This document shows, in pieces, positions 13,701 to 27,606 of a stretch of DNA of 64,000 nt (its first letter is position 1; the number at the start of each line of letters is the position of its first letter). The translations under genes and the position numbers were made by a program. The DNA is from Nitrospirales bacterium (lineage in GTDB: Bacteria; Nitrospirota; Nitrospiria; Nitrospirales; UBA8639), in contig CBDBCZ010000008.1 in the NCBI GenBank assembly GCA_965203295.1, positions 143,040 through 207,039 of the forward strand, written 5' to 3'. The notes under the pieces were generated by a model, which was not told where the DNA came from, searched no databases, and saw nothing but the letters and a program-made list of their open reading frames with translations.

Positions 13701-16700
13701 CCCCGGGGAACGGAATTTTTCGGTGGTTCAGCCGGGAATTTTCGTTCCCCGGGGAACGAAATTTCACGGTGGATCAGTTGGAAATTTTCGTTCCCCGGGG
13801 AACAAAATTTCACGGTGGATCTGTTGGAAATTTTCGTTCCCCGGGGAACGGAATTTTTCGGTGGATCAGCCGGGAATTTTCGTTCCCCGGGGAACGAAAT
13901 TTCACTGTGGATCTGTTGGAAATTTTCGTTCCCCGGGGAACGGAATTTTTCGGTGGATCAGCCGGGAATTTTCGTTCCCCGGGGAACGAAATTTCACTGT
14001 GGATCTGTTGGAAATTTTCGTTCCCCGGGGAACGGAATTTTTCGGTTGAATCAGCCGGTAATTTTCGTTCCCTGGGGAACGAAATTTCACGGTGGATCTG
14101 TTGGAAATTTTCGTTCCCCGGGGAACGAAATTTCACGGTGGATCTGTTAAAAATTTTCATTCCCCGGGGAACAGAATTTTTCGGTGGATCAACCGGGAAT
14201 TTTCGTTCCCCGGGGAACGAAATTTCACGGTGGATCTGTTGGAAATTTTCATTCCCCGGGGAACAGAATTTTTCGGTGGTTCAGCCGGGAATTTTCGTTC
14301 CACCATGAAATTTCGATCCACCATGAAATTTCGTTCCCCGGGGAACGAAATTTCATGGTGGATCAGTTGGAACGGAATTTTTCGGTTGAATCAGCCGGTA
14401 ATTTTCGTTCCCCGGGAAACGAAATTTCACGGTGGATCTGTTGGAAATTTTTGTTCCCCGGGGAACGGAATTTTTCGGTTGAATCAGCCGGTAATTTTCG
14501 TTCCCTGGGGAACGAAATTTCACGGTGGATCTGTTGGAAATTTTCATTCCCCGGGGAACGGAATTTTTCGGTGGTTCAGCCGGGAATTTTCGTTCCCCGG
14601 GGAACGCAATTTCACGGTGGATCAGTTGGAAATTTTCGTTCCCCGGGGAACAAAATTTCACGGTGGATCTGTTGGAAATTTTCGTTCCCCGGGGAACGGA
14701 ATTTTTCGGTGGATCAGCCGGGAATTTTCGTTCCCCGGGGAACGAAATTTCACGGTGGATCAGTTGGAAATTTTCGTTCCCCGGGGAACAGAATTTTTCG
14801 GTTGAATCAGCCAGTAATTTTCGTTCCCCGGGGAACGAAATTTCACGGTGGATCTGTTGGAATTTTTCGTTCCCCGGGGAACGTTTTTCGGTGAATCAGC
14901 CGGGAATTTTCGTTCCCCGGGGAACGAAATTTCACGGTGGATAAGTTGGAAATTTTCGTTCCCCAGGGAACGGAATTTTTCGGTTGAATCAGCCGGTAAT
15001 TTTCGTTCCCCGGGGAACAAAATTTCACGGTGGATCAGTTGGAAATTTTCGTTCCCCGGGGAACGAAATTTCATGGTGGATCAGTTGGAAATTTTCGTTC
15101 CCCGGGAACGGAATTTTTCGGTTGAATCAGCCGGTAATTTTCGTTCCCCGGGGAACGAAATTTCACGGTGGATCTGTTGGAAATTTTCGTTCCCCGGGAA
15201 CGGAATTTTTCGGTTGAATCAGCCGGTATTTTTCGTTCCCTGGGGAACGAAATTTCACGGTGGATCTGTTGGAAATTTTCGTTCCCCGGGGAACGAAATT
15301 TCACAGTGGATCTGTTAAAAATTTTCATTCCCCGGGGAACAGAATTTTTCGGTGGATCAGCCGGGAATTTTCGTTCCCCGGGGAACGAAATTTCACGGTG
15401 GATCTGTTGGAAATTTTCATTCCCCGGGGAACAGAATTTTTCGGTGGTTCAGCCGGGAATTTTCGTTCCACCATGAAATTTCGATCCACCATGAAATTTC
15501 GTTCCCCGGGGAACGAAATTTCATGGTGGATCAGTTGGAAATTTTCGTTCCCCGGGAACGGAATTTTTCGGTTGAATCAACCGGTAATTTTCGTTCCCCG
15601 GGGAACGAAATTTCACGGTGGATCTGTTGGAAATTTTCATTCCCCGGGGAACAGAATTTTTCGGTGGTTCAGCCGGGAATTTTCGTTCCACCATGAAATT
15701 TCGATCCACCATGAAATTTCGTTCCCCGGGGAACGAAATTTCATGGTGGATCAGTTGGAAATTTTCGTTCCCCGGGAACGGAATTTTTCGGTTGAATCAA
15801 CCGGTAATTTTCGTTCCCCGGGGAACGAAATTTCACGGTGGATCTGTTAAAAATTTTCGTTCCCCGGGGAACAGAATTTTTCGGTGGATCAGCCGGGAGT
15901 TTTTGTTCCCCGGGGAACGAAATTTCACGGTGGATCTGTTGGAAATTTTCATTTCCCGGGGAACAGAATTTTTCGGTGGTTCAGCCGGGAATTTTCGTTC
16001 CCCGGGGAACGAAATTTCACGGTGAATCTGTTGGAAATTTTCGTTTCCCGGAGAACGAAATTTCACGGTGGATCTGTTGGAAATTTTCGTTCCCCGGGGA
16101 ACGGAATTTTTCGGTTGAATCAGCCGGTAATTTTCGTTCCCTGGGGAACGAAATTTCACGGTGGATCTGTTGGAAATTTTCGTTCCCCGGAGAACGAAAT
16201 TTCACGGTGGATCTGTTGAAAATTTTCGTTCCCCGGGGAACGGAATTTTTCGGTTGAATCAGCCGGTAATTTTCGTTCCCTGGGGAACGAAATTTCACGG
16301 TGGATCTGTTGGAAATTTTCGTTCCCCGGGGAACGAAATTTCACGGTGGATCTGTTAAAAATTTTAGTTCCCCGGGGAACAGAATTTTTCGGTTGAATCA
16401 GCCGGTAATTTTCGTTCCCTGGGGAACGAAATTTCACGTTGGATCTGTTGGAAATTTTCGTTCCCCGGGGAACGAAATTTCACGGTGGATCTGTTGGAAA
16501 TTTTCGTTCCCTGGGTAACGAAATTTCACGGTGGATCAGCTGGTAATTTTCGTTCCCCGGGGAATGAAATTTCACGGTGGATCAGCCGGTAATTTTCGTT
16601 CCCCGGGGAATGAAATTTCACGGTGGATCTGTTGGAAATTTTGTTCCCCAGGGAACGAAATTTCACGGTGGATCAGTTGGTAATTTTCGTTCCCTGGGGA

Positions 16701-19700
16701 ACGAAATTTCACGGTGGATCTGTTGGAAATTTTCGTTCCCCGGGGAACGAAATTTCACGGTGGATCTGTTAAAAATTTTAGTTCCCCGGGGAACAGAATT
16801 TTTCGGTTGAATCAGCCGGTAATTTTCGTTCCCTGGGGAACGAAATTTCACGTTGGATCTGTTGGAAATTTTCGTTCCCCGGGGAACGAAATTTCACGGT
16901 GGATCTGTTGGAAATTTTCGTTCCCTGGGTAACGAAATTTCACGGTGGATCAGTTGGAAATTTTCGTTCCCCGGGAACGGAATTTTTCGGTTTAATCAGC
17001 CGGTAATTTTCGTTCCTCGGGGAACGAAATTTCACGGTGGATCTTTTGGAAATTTTCGTTCCCTGGGGAACGGAATTTTTCGGTTGAATCAGCCGGTAAT
17101 TTTCGTTCCCCGGGGAATGAAATTTCACGGTGGATCAGTTGGTAATTTTCGTTCCCCGGGGAATGAAATTTCACGGTGGATCTGTTGGAAATTTTCGTTT
17201 CCCGTGGAACGGAATTTTTCGGTTGAATCAGCCGGTAATTTTCGTTCCCCGGGGAACGAAATTTCACGGTGGATCTGTTGGTAATTTTCGTTCCCCGGGG
17301 AACGAAATTTCACGGTGGATCTGTTGGAAATTTTCGTTCCCCGGGGAACGAAATTTCACGGTGGATCTGTAGGAAATTTTCGTTTCCAGGGGAACGGAAT
17401 TTTTCGGTTGAATCAGCCGGTAATTTTCGTTCCCCGGGGAACGAAATTTCATGGTGGATCTGTTGGAAATTTTTGTTCTCCGGGGAACGAAATTTCACGG
17501 TGGATCTGTTAAAAAATTTCGTTCCCTGGAAAACGGAATTTCACGGTGGATCTGTTGGAAATTTTCGTTTCCCGGGGAACGGAATTTTTCGGTTGAATCA
17601 GCTGGTAATTTTTGTTCCCTGGGTAACGAAATTTCACGGTGGATCTGTTGGAAATTTTCGTTCCCCGGGGAACGAAATTTCACGGTGGATCTGTTGGAAA
17701 TTTTCGTTCCCTGGGTAACGAAATTTCACGGTGGATCAGTTGGAAATTTTCGTTCCCCGGGAACGGAATTTTTGAGTTTAATCAGCCGGTAATTTTCATT
17801 CCCCGGGGAACGAAATTTCACGGTGGATCTGTTGGAAATTTTTGGTTCCCTGGGGAACGGAATTTTTCGGTTGAATCAGCTGGTAATTTTCGTTCCCCGG
17901 GGAATGAAATTTCACGGTGGATCAGCCGGTAATTTTCGTTCCCCGGGGAATGAAATTTCACGGTGGATCTGTTGGAAATTTTGTTCCCCAGGGAACGAAA
18001 TTTCACGGTGGATCAGTTGGTAATTTTCGTTCCCTGGGGAACGAAATTTCACGGTGGATCTGTTGGAAATTTTCGTTCCCCGGGGAACGAAATTTCACGG
18101 TGGATCTGTTAAAAATTTTAGTTCCCCGGGGAACAGAATTTTTCGGTTGAATCAGCCGGTAATTTTCGTTCCCTGGGGAACGAAATTTCACGTTGGATCT
18201 GTTGGAAATTTTCGTTCCCCGGGGAACGAAATTTCACGGTGGATCTGTTGGAAATTTTCGTTCCCTGGGTAACGAAATTTCACGGTGGATCAGTTGGAAA
18301 TTTTCGTTCCCCGGGAACGGAATTTTTCGGTTTAATCAGCCGGTAATTTTCGTTCCTCGGGGAACGAAATTTCACGGTGGATCTTTTGGAAATTTTCGTT
18401 CCCTGGGGAACGGAATTTTTCGGTTGAATCAGCCGGTAATTTTCGTTCCCCGGGGAATGAAATTTCACGGTGGATCAGTTGGTAATTTTCGTTCCCCGGG
18501 GAATGAAATTTCACGGTGGATCTGTTGGAAATTTTCGTTTCCCGTGGAACGGAATTTTTCGGTTGAATCAGCCGGTAATTTTCGTTCCCCGGGGAACGAA
18601 ATTTCACGGTGGATCTGTTGGTAATTTTCGTTCCCCGGGGAACGAAATTTCACTGTGGATCTGTTGGAAATTTTCGTTCCCCGGGGAACGAAATTTCACG
18701 GTGGATCTGTAGGAAATTTTCGTTTCCAGGGGAACGGAATTTTTCGGTTGAATCAGCCGGTAATTTTCGTTCCCCGGGGAACGAAATTTCATGGTGGATC
18801 TGTTGGAAATTTTTGTTCTCCGGGGAACGAAATTTCACGGTGGATCTGTTAAAAAATTTCGTTCCCTGGAAAACGGAATTTCACGGTGGATCTGTTGGAA
18901 ATTTTCGTTTCCCGGGGAACGGAATTTTTCGGTTGAATCAGCTGGTAATTTTTGTTCCCTGGGTAACGAAATTTCACGGTGGATCTGTTGGAAATTTTCG
19001 TTCCCCGGGGAACGAAATTTCACGGTGGATCTGTTGGAAATTTTCGTTCCCTGGGTAACGAAATTTCACGGTGGATCAGTTGGAAATTTTCGTTCCCCGG
19101 GAACGGAATTTTTGAGTTTAATCAGCCGGTAATTTTCATTCCCCGGGGAACGAAATTTCACGGTGGATCTGTTGGAAATTTTTGGTTCCCTGGGGAACGG
19201 AATTTTTCGGTTGAATCAGCTGGTAATTTTCGTTCCCCGGGGAATGAAATTTCACGGTGGATCAGCCGGTAATTTTCGTTCCCCGGGGAATGAAATTTCA
19301 CGGTGGATCTGTTGGAAATTTTGTTCCCCAGGGAACGAAATTTCACGGTGGATCAGTTGGTAATTTTCGTTCCCCGGGGAACGAAATTTCACGGTGGATC
19401 TGTTGGAAATTTTCGTTCCCCGGGGAACGGAATTTTTCGGTTGAATCAGCTGGTAATTTTTGTTCCCTGGGTAACGAAATTTCACGGTGGATCTGTTGGA
19501 AATTTTCGTTCCCCGGGGAACGAAATTTCACGGTGGATCTGTTAAAAATTTTCGTTCCCCGGGGAACAGAATTTTTCGGTTGAATCAGCCGGTAATTTTC
19601 GTTCCCTGGGGAACGAAATTTCACGGTGGATCTGTAGGAAATTTTCGTTTCCAGGGGAACGGAATTTTTCGGTTGAATCAGCCGGTAATTTTCGTTCCCC

Positions 19701-22700
19701 GGGGAACGAAATTTCATGGTGGATCTGTTGGAAATTTTTGTTCTCCGGGGAACGAAATTTCACGGTGGATCTGTTAAAAATTTTCGTTCCCCGGAAAACG
19801 GAATTTTTCGGTTGATCAGCCGGGAATTTTCGTTCCCCGGGGAACGAAATTTCACGGTGGATCTGTAGGAAATTTTCGTTTCCAGGGGAACGGAATTTTT
19901 CGGTTGAATCAGCCGGTAATTTTCGTTCCCCGGGGAACGAAATTTCATGGTGGATCTGTTGGAAATTTTTGTTCTCCGGGGAACGAAATTTCACGGTGGA
20001 TCAGTTGGAAATTTTCGTTCCCCGGGGAACAGAATTTTTCGGTTGAATCAGCCAGTAATTTTCGTTCCCCGGGGAACGAAATTTCACGGTGGATCTGTTG
20101 GAATTTTTCGTTCCCCGGGGAACGTTTTTCGGTGAATCAGCCGGGAATTTTCGTTCCCCGGGGAACGAAATTTCACGGTGGATAAGTTGGAAATTTTCGT
20201 TCCCCAGGGAACGGAATTTTTCGGTTGAATCAGCCGGTAATTTTCGTTCCCCGGGGAACAAAATTTCACGGTGGATCAGTTGGAAATTTTCGTTCCCCGG
20301 GGAACGAAATTTCATGGTGGATCAGTTGGAAATTTTCGTTCCCCGGGAACGGAATTTTTCGGTTGAATCAGCCGGTAATTTTCGTTCCCCGGGGAACGAA
20401 ATTTCACGGTGGATCTGTTGGAAATTTTCGTTCCCCGGGGAACGGAATTTTTCGGTTGAATCAGCCGGTATTTTTCGTTCCCTGGGGAACGAAATTTCAC
20501 GGTGGATCTGTTGGAAATTTTCGTTCCCCGGGGAACGAAATTTCACAGTGGATCTGTTAAAAATTTTCATTCCCCGGGGAACAGAATTTTTCGGTGGATC
20601 AGCCGGGAATTTTCGTTCCCCGGGGAACGAAATTTCACGGTGGATCTGTTGGAAATTTTCATTCCCCGGGGAACAGAATTTTTCGGTGGTTCAGCCGGGA
20701 ATTTTCGTTCCACCATGAAATTTCGATCCACCATGAAATTTCGTTCCCCGGGGAACGAAATTTCATGGTGGATCAGTTGGAAATTTTCGTTCCCCGGGAA
20801 CGGAATTTTTCGGTTGAATCAACCGGTAATTTTCGTTCCCCGGGGAACGAAATTTCACGGTGGATCTGTTGGAAATTTTCATTCCCCGGGGAACAGAATT
20901 TTTCGGTGGTTCAGCCGGGAATTTTCGTTCCACCATGAAATTTCGATCCACCATGAAATTTCGTTCCCCGGGGAACGAAATTTCATGGTGGATCAGTTGG
21001 AAATTTTCGTTCCCCGGGAACGGAATTTTTCGGTTGAATCAACCGGTAATTTTCGTTCCCCGGGGAACGAAATTTCACGGTGGATCTGTTAAAAATTTTG
21101 GTTCCCCGGGGAACAGAATTTTTCGGTGGATCAGCCGGGAGTTTTTGTTCCCCGGGGAACGAAATTTCACGGTGGATCTGTTGGAAATTTTCATTTCCCG
21201 GGGAACAGAATTTTTCGGTGGTTCAGCCGGGAATTTTCGTTCCCCGGGGAACGAAATTTCACGGTGGATCTGTTGGAAATTTTCGTTCCCCGGAGAACGA
21301 AATTTCACGGTGGATCTGTTGGAAATTTTCGTTCCCCGGGGAACGGAATTTTTCGGTTGAATCAGCCGGTAATTTTCGTTCCCTGGGGAACGAAATTTCA
21401 CGGTGGATCTGTTGGAAATTTTCGTTCCCCGGAGAACGAAATTTCACGGTGGATCTGTTGAAAATTTTCGTTCCCCGGGGAACGGAATTTTTCGGTTGAA
21501 TCAGCCGGTAATTTTCGTTCCCTGGGGAACGAAATTTCACGGTGGATCTGTTGGAAATTTTCGTTCCCCGGGGAACGAAATTTCACGGTGGATCTGTTAA
21601 AAATTTTAGTTCCCCGGGGAACAGAATTTTTCGGTTGAATCAGCCGGTAATTTTCGTTCCCTGGGGAACGAAATTTCACGTTGGATCTGTTGGAAATTTT
21701 CGTTCCCCGAGGAACGAAATTTCACGGTGGATCTGTTGGAAATTTTCGTTCCCTGGGTAACGAAATTTCACGGTGGATCAGTTGGAAATTTTCGTTCCCC
21801 GGGAACGGAATTTTTCGGTTTAATCAGCCGGTAATTTTCGTTCCTCGGGGAACGAAATTTCACGGTGGATCTTTTGGAAATTTTCGTTCCCTGGGGAACG
21901 GAATTTTTCGGTTGAATCAGCCGGTAATTTTCGTTCCCCGGGGAATGAAATTTCACGGTGGATCAGTTGGTAATTTTCGTTCCCCGGGGAATGAAATTTC
22001 ACGGTGGATCTGTTGGAAATTTTCGTTTCCCGTGGAACGGAATTTTTCGGTTGAATCAGCCGGTAATTTTCGTTCCCCGGGGAACGAAATTTCACGGTGG
22101 ATCTGTTGGTAATTTTCGTTCCCCGGGGAACGAAATTTCACGGTGGATCTGTTGGAAATTTTCGTTCCCCGGGGAACGAAATTTCACGGTGGATCTGTTG
22201 GAAATTTTCGTTCCCTGGGTAACGAAATTTCACGGTGGATCAGTTGGAAATTTTCGTTCCCCGGGAACGGAATTTTTGAGTTTAATCAGCCGGTAATTTT
22301 CATTCCCCGGGGAACGAAATTTCACGGTGGATCTGTTGGAAATTTTTGGTTCCCTGGGGAACGGAATTTTTCGGTTGAATCAGCTGGTAATTTTCGTTCC
22401 CCGGGGAATGAAATTTCACGGTGGATCAGCCGGTAATTTTCGTTCCCCGGGGAATGAAATTTCACGGTGGATCTGTTGGAAATTTTGTTCCCCAGGGAAC
22501 GAAATTTCACGGTGGATCAGTTGGTAATTTTCGTTCCCCGGGGAACGAAATTTCACGGTGGATCTGTTGGAAATTTTCGTTTCCCGGGGAACGGAATTTT
22601 TCGGTTGAATCAGCTGGTAATTTTTGTTCCCTGGGTAACGAAATTTCACGGTGGATCTGTTGGAAATTTTCGTTCCCCGGGGAACGAAATTTCACGGTGG

Positions 22701-25700
22701 ATCTGTTAAAAATTTTCGTTCCCCGGGGAACAGAATTTTTCGGTTGAATCAGCCGGTAATTTTCGTTCCCTGGGGAACGAAATTTCACGGTGGATCTGTA
22801 GGAAATTTTCGTTTCCAGGGGAACGGAATTTTTCGGTTGAATCAGCCGGTAATTTTCGTTCCCCGGGGAACGAAATTTCATGGTGGATCTGTTGGAAATT
22901 TTTGTTCTCCGGGGAACGAAATTTCACTGTGGATCTGTTAAAAATTTTCGTTCCCCGGAAAACGGAATTTTTCGGTTGATCAGCCGGGAATTTTCGTTCC
23001 CCGGGGAACGAAATTTCACGGTGGATCTGTAGGAAATTTTCGTTTCCAGGGGAACGGAATTTTTCGGTTGAATCAGCCGGTAATTTTCGTTCCCCGGGGA
23101 ACGAAATTTCATGGTGGATCTGTTGGAAATTTTTGTTCTCCGGGGAACGAAATTTCACGGTGGATCTGTTAAAAATTTTCGTTCCCCGGGGAACGCAATT
23201 TTTCGGTGGATCAGCTGGGAATTTTCGTTCCCCGGGGAACGAAATTTCACGGTGGATCAGTTGGAAATTTTCGTTCCCCGGGGAACGAAATTTCACGGTG
23301 GATCTGTTGGAAATTTTCGTTCCCCAGGGAACAAAATTTTTTGGTGGATCAGCCGGAAATTTCGTTCGCCGGGGAACGAAATTTCACGGTGGATCAGTTG
23401 GAAATTTTTGTTCACCGGGGAACGAAATTTCACGGTGGATCAGTTGGAAATTTTCGTTCCCCGGGGAACGAAATTTCACGGTGGATCTGTAGGAAATTTT
23501 CGTTTCCAGGGGAACGGAATTTTTCGGTTGAATCAGCCGGTAATTTTCGTTCCCCGGGGAACGAAATTTCACGGTGGATCAGCCGGTAATTTTCGTTCCC
23601 CGGGGAATGAAATTTCACGGTGGATCTGTTGGAAATTTTGTTCCCCAGGGAACGAAATTTCACGGTGGATCAGTTGGTAATTTTCGTTCCCCGGGGAACG
23701 AAATTTCACGGTGGATCTGTTGGAAATTTTCGTTTCCCGGGGAACGGAATTTTTCGGTTGAATCAGCTGGTAATTTTTGTTCCCTGGGTAACGAAATTTC
23801 ACGGTGGATCTGTTGGAAATTTTCGTTCCCCGGGGAACGAAATTTCACGGTGGATCTGTTAAAAATTTTCGTTCCCCGGGGAACAGAATTTTTCGGTTGA
23901 ATCAGCCGGTAATTTTCGTTCCCTGGGGAACGAAATTTCACGGTGGATCTGTAGGAAATTTTCGTTTCCAGGGGAACGGAATTTTTCGGTTGAATCAGCC
24001 GGTAATTTTCGTTCCCCGGGGAACGAAATTTCATGGTGGATCTGTTGGAAATTTTTGTTCTCCGGGGAACGAAATTTCACTGTGGATCTGTTAAAAATTT
24101 TCGTTCCCCGGAAAACGGAATTTTTCGGTTGATCAGCCGGGAATTTTCGTTCCCCGGGGAACGAAATTTCACGGTGGATCTGTAGGAAATTTTCGTTTCC
24201 AGGGGAACGGAATTTTTCGGTTGAATCAGCCGGTAATTTTCGTTCCCCGGGGAACGAAATTTCATGGTGGATCTGTTGGAAATTTTTGTTCTCCGGGGAA
24301 CGAAATTTCACGGTGGATCTGTTAAAAATTTTCGTTCCCCGGGGAACGCAATTTTTCGGTGGATCAGCTGGGAATTTTCGTTCCCCGGGGAACGAAATTT
24401 CACGGTGGATCAGTTGGAAATTTTCGTTCCCCGGGGAACGAAATTTCACGGTGGATCTGTTGGAAATTTTCGTTCCCCAGGGAACAAAATTTTTTGGTGG
24501 ATCAGCCGGAAATTTCGTTCGCCGGGGAACGAAATTTCACGGTGGATCAGTTGGAAATTTTTGTTCACCGGGGAACGAAATTTCACGGTGGATCAGTTGG
24601 AAATTTTCGTTCCCCGGGGAACGAAATTTCACGGTGGATCTGTAGGAAATTTTCGTTTCCAGGGGAACGGAATTTTTCGGTTGAATCAGCCGGTAATTTT
24701 CGTTCCCCGGGGAACGAAATTTCATGGTGGATCTGTTGGAAATTTTTGTTCTCCGGGGAACGAAATTTCATGGTGCATCAGTTGGAAATTTTCGTTCCCC
24801 GGGGAACGAAATTTCACGGTGGATCTGTTGGAAATTTTCGTTCCCCAGGGAACGGAATTTTTTGGTGGATCAGCCGGAAATTTCGTTCCCCGGGGAACGA
24901 AATTTCACGGTGGATCAGTTGGAAATTTTCGTTCACCGGGGAACGAAATTTCACGGTGGATCTGTAGGAAATTTTCGTTTCCAGGGGAACGAAATTTTTC
25001 GGTTGAATCAGCCGGTAATTTTCGTTCCCCGGGGAACGAAATTTCATGGTGGATCTGTTGGAAATTTTCGTTCTCCGGGGAACGAAATTTCATGGTGCAT
25101 CAGTTGGAAATTTTCGTTCCCCGGGGAACGAAATTTCACGGTGGATCTGTTGGAAATTTTCGTTCCCCAGGGAACGGAATTTTTTGGTGGATCAGCCGGA
25201 AATTTCGTTCCCCGGGGAACGAAATTTCACGGTGGATCAGTTGGAAATTTTCGTTCACCGGGGAACGAAATTTCACGGTGGATCAGTTGGAAATTTTTGT
25301 TCCCCGGGGAACGAAATTTCACGGTGGATCTGTAGGAAATTTTCGTTTCCAGGGGAACGGAATTTTTCGGTTGAATCAGCCGGTAATTTTCGTTCCCCGG
25401 GGAACGAAATTTCATGGTGGATCTGTTGGAAATTTTTGTTCTCCGGGGAACGAAATTTCACGGTGGATCTGTTAAAAAATTTCGTTCCCTGGAAAACGGA
25501 ATTTTTCGGTTGATCAGCCGGGAATTTTCGTTCCCCGGGGAACGAAATTTCACGGTGGATCAGTTGGAAATTTTCGTTCCCCGGGGAACGAAATTTCACG
25601 GTGGATCTGTTGGAAATTTTCGTTCCCCAGGGAACGGAATTTTTTGGTGGATCAGCCGGAAATTTCGTTCCCCGGGGAACGAAATTTCACGGTGGATCAG

Positions 25701-27599
25701 TTGAAAATTTTCGTTCACCGGGGAACAAAATTTCACGGTGGATCAGTTGGAAATTTTTGTTCCCCGGGGAACGAAATTTCACGGTGGAATAATTTGGAAA
25801 TTTTCGTTCCCCGGGAACGGAATTTTTCGGTGGATCAGCCGGGAATTTTCGTTCCCCGAGGAACGAAATTTCACGGTGGATCTGTTGGAAATTTTCGTTC
25901 CCCGGGGAACGGAATTTTTCGGTGGATCAGCCGGGAATTTTCGTTCCTCGGGGAACGAAATTTCACGGTGGATCTGTTGGAAATTTTCATTCCCCGGGGA
26001 ACGGAATTTTTCGGTGGTTCAGCCGGGAATTTTCGTTCCCCGGGGAACGAAATTTCACGGTGGATCAGTTGAAAATTTTTGTTCCCCGGGGAACGAAATT
26101 TTTCGGTTGAATCAGCCGGTAATTTTCGTTCCCCGGGGAACGAAATTTCACGGTGGATCTGTAGGAAATTTTCGTTTCCAGGGGAACGGAATTTTTCGGT
26201 TGAATCAGCCGGTAATTTTCGTTCCCCGGGGAACGAAATTTCATGGTGGATCTGTTGGAAATTTTTGTTCTCCGGGGAACAAAATGTCACGGTGGATCTG
26301 TTAAAAATTTTCGTTCCCCGGGGAACGGAATTTTTCAGTGGATCAGCCGGGAATTTTCGTTCCCCGGGGAACAAAATTTCACGGTGGATCAGTTTGAAAT
26401 TTTCGTTCCCCGGGGAACGAAATTTCACAGTGGATCTGTTGGAAATTTTCGTTCCCCAGGGAACGGAATTTTTTGGTGGATCAGCCGGAAATTTCGTTCC
26501 CCGGGGAACGAAATTTCACGGTGGATCAGTTGGAAATTTTCGTTCACCGGGGAACGAAATTTCACGGTGGATCAGTTGGAAATTTTTGTTCCCCGGGGAA
26601 CGAAATTTCACGGTGGATCTGTAGGAAATTTTCGTTTCCAGGGGAACGGAATTTTTCGGTTGAATCAGCCGGTAATTTTCGTTCCCCGGGGAACGAAATT
26701 TCATGGTGGATCTGTTGGAAATTTTTGTTCTCCGGGGAACGAAATTTCACGGTGGATCTGTTGGAAATTTTCGTTCCCCAGGGAACGAAATTTTTTGGTG
26801 GATCAGCCGGAAATTTCGTTCCCCGGGGAACGAAATTTCACGGTGGATCAGTTGGAAATTTTCGTTCACCGGGGAACGATCAGTTGGAAATTTTCGTTCC
26901 CCGGGGAACGGAATTTTTCGGTGGTTCAGCCGGGAATTTTCGTTCCCCGGGGAACGAAATTTCACGGTGGATCAGTTGGAAATTTTCGTTTTCCGGGGAA
27001 CGAAATTTTACGGTGGATCTGTTGGAAATTTTCGTTCCCCGAACGGAATTTTTCGGTGGATCAGCCGGGAATTTTCGTTCCCCGGGGAACGAAATTTCAC
27101 GGTGGATCAGTTGGAAATTTTTGTTCCCCGGGGAACGAAATTTCACGGTGGAATAATTTGGAAATTTTCGTTCCCCGGGGAACGGAATTTTTCGGTGGAT
27201 CAGCCGAAAATTTTTGTTCCCCGAGGAACGAAATTTCACGGTGGATCTGTTGGAAATTTTCGTTCCCCGGGGAACGGAATTTTTCGGTGGATCAGCCGGG
27301 AATTTTCGTTCCCCGGGGAACGAAATTTCACGGTGGATCTGTTGGAAATTTTTGTTCCCCGGGGAACGAAATTTTTCGGTTGAATCAGCCGGTAATTTTC
27401 GTTCCCCGGGGAACGAAATTTCATGGTGGATCTGTTGAAAATTTCGTTCCCCGGGGAACGGAATTTTTCTGTGAATCAGCTGGTAATTTTCGTTCCCCGG
27501 GGAACGAAATTTCACGGTGGATCTGTTGGAAATTTTTGTTCCCCGGGCACGTAAAATCTCAGCAGGCCGTCAGGAATGTTTGTTTCCTGGGGCACGAAA
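1741..27599. repeat. Tandem satellite, 46-bp palindromic monomer, ~560 copies, with higher-order repeats
   Basis: Consensus A ggaaattttcgttccccggggaacgaaatttcacggtggatctgtt; variant B carries ggaatttttcggtggatcagccg; degenerate monomers at both edges; copy number estimated as length/46. Confidence 0.97.
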
Positions 27600-27606
27600 G
27601 AACTCC

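Noticed and set aside
1741..27599. CRISPR array (regularly spaced palindromic repeat with a GTTCCCCG motif reminiscent of type I-E repeats)
   Set aside because: The intervening sequences are a few recurring variants, not unique spacers; there are no cas genes or leader; the context is intron-rich eukaryotic DNA
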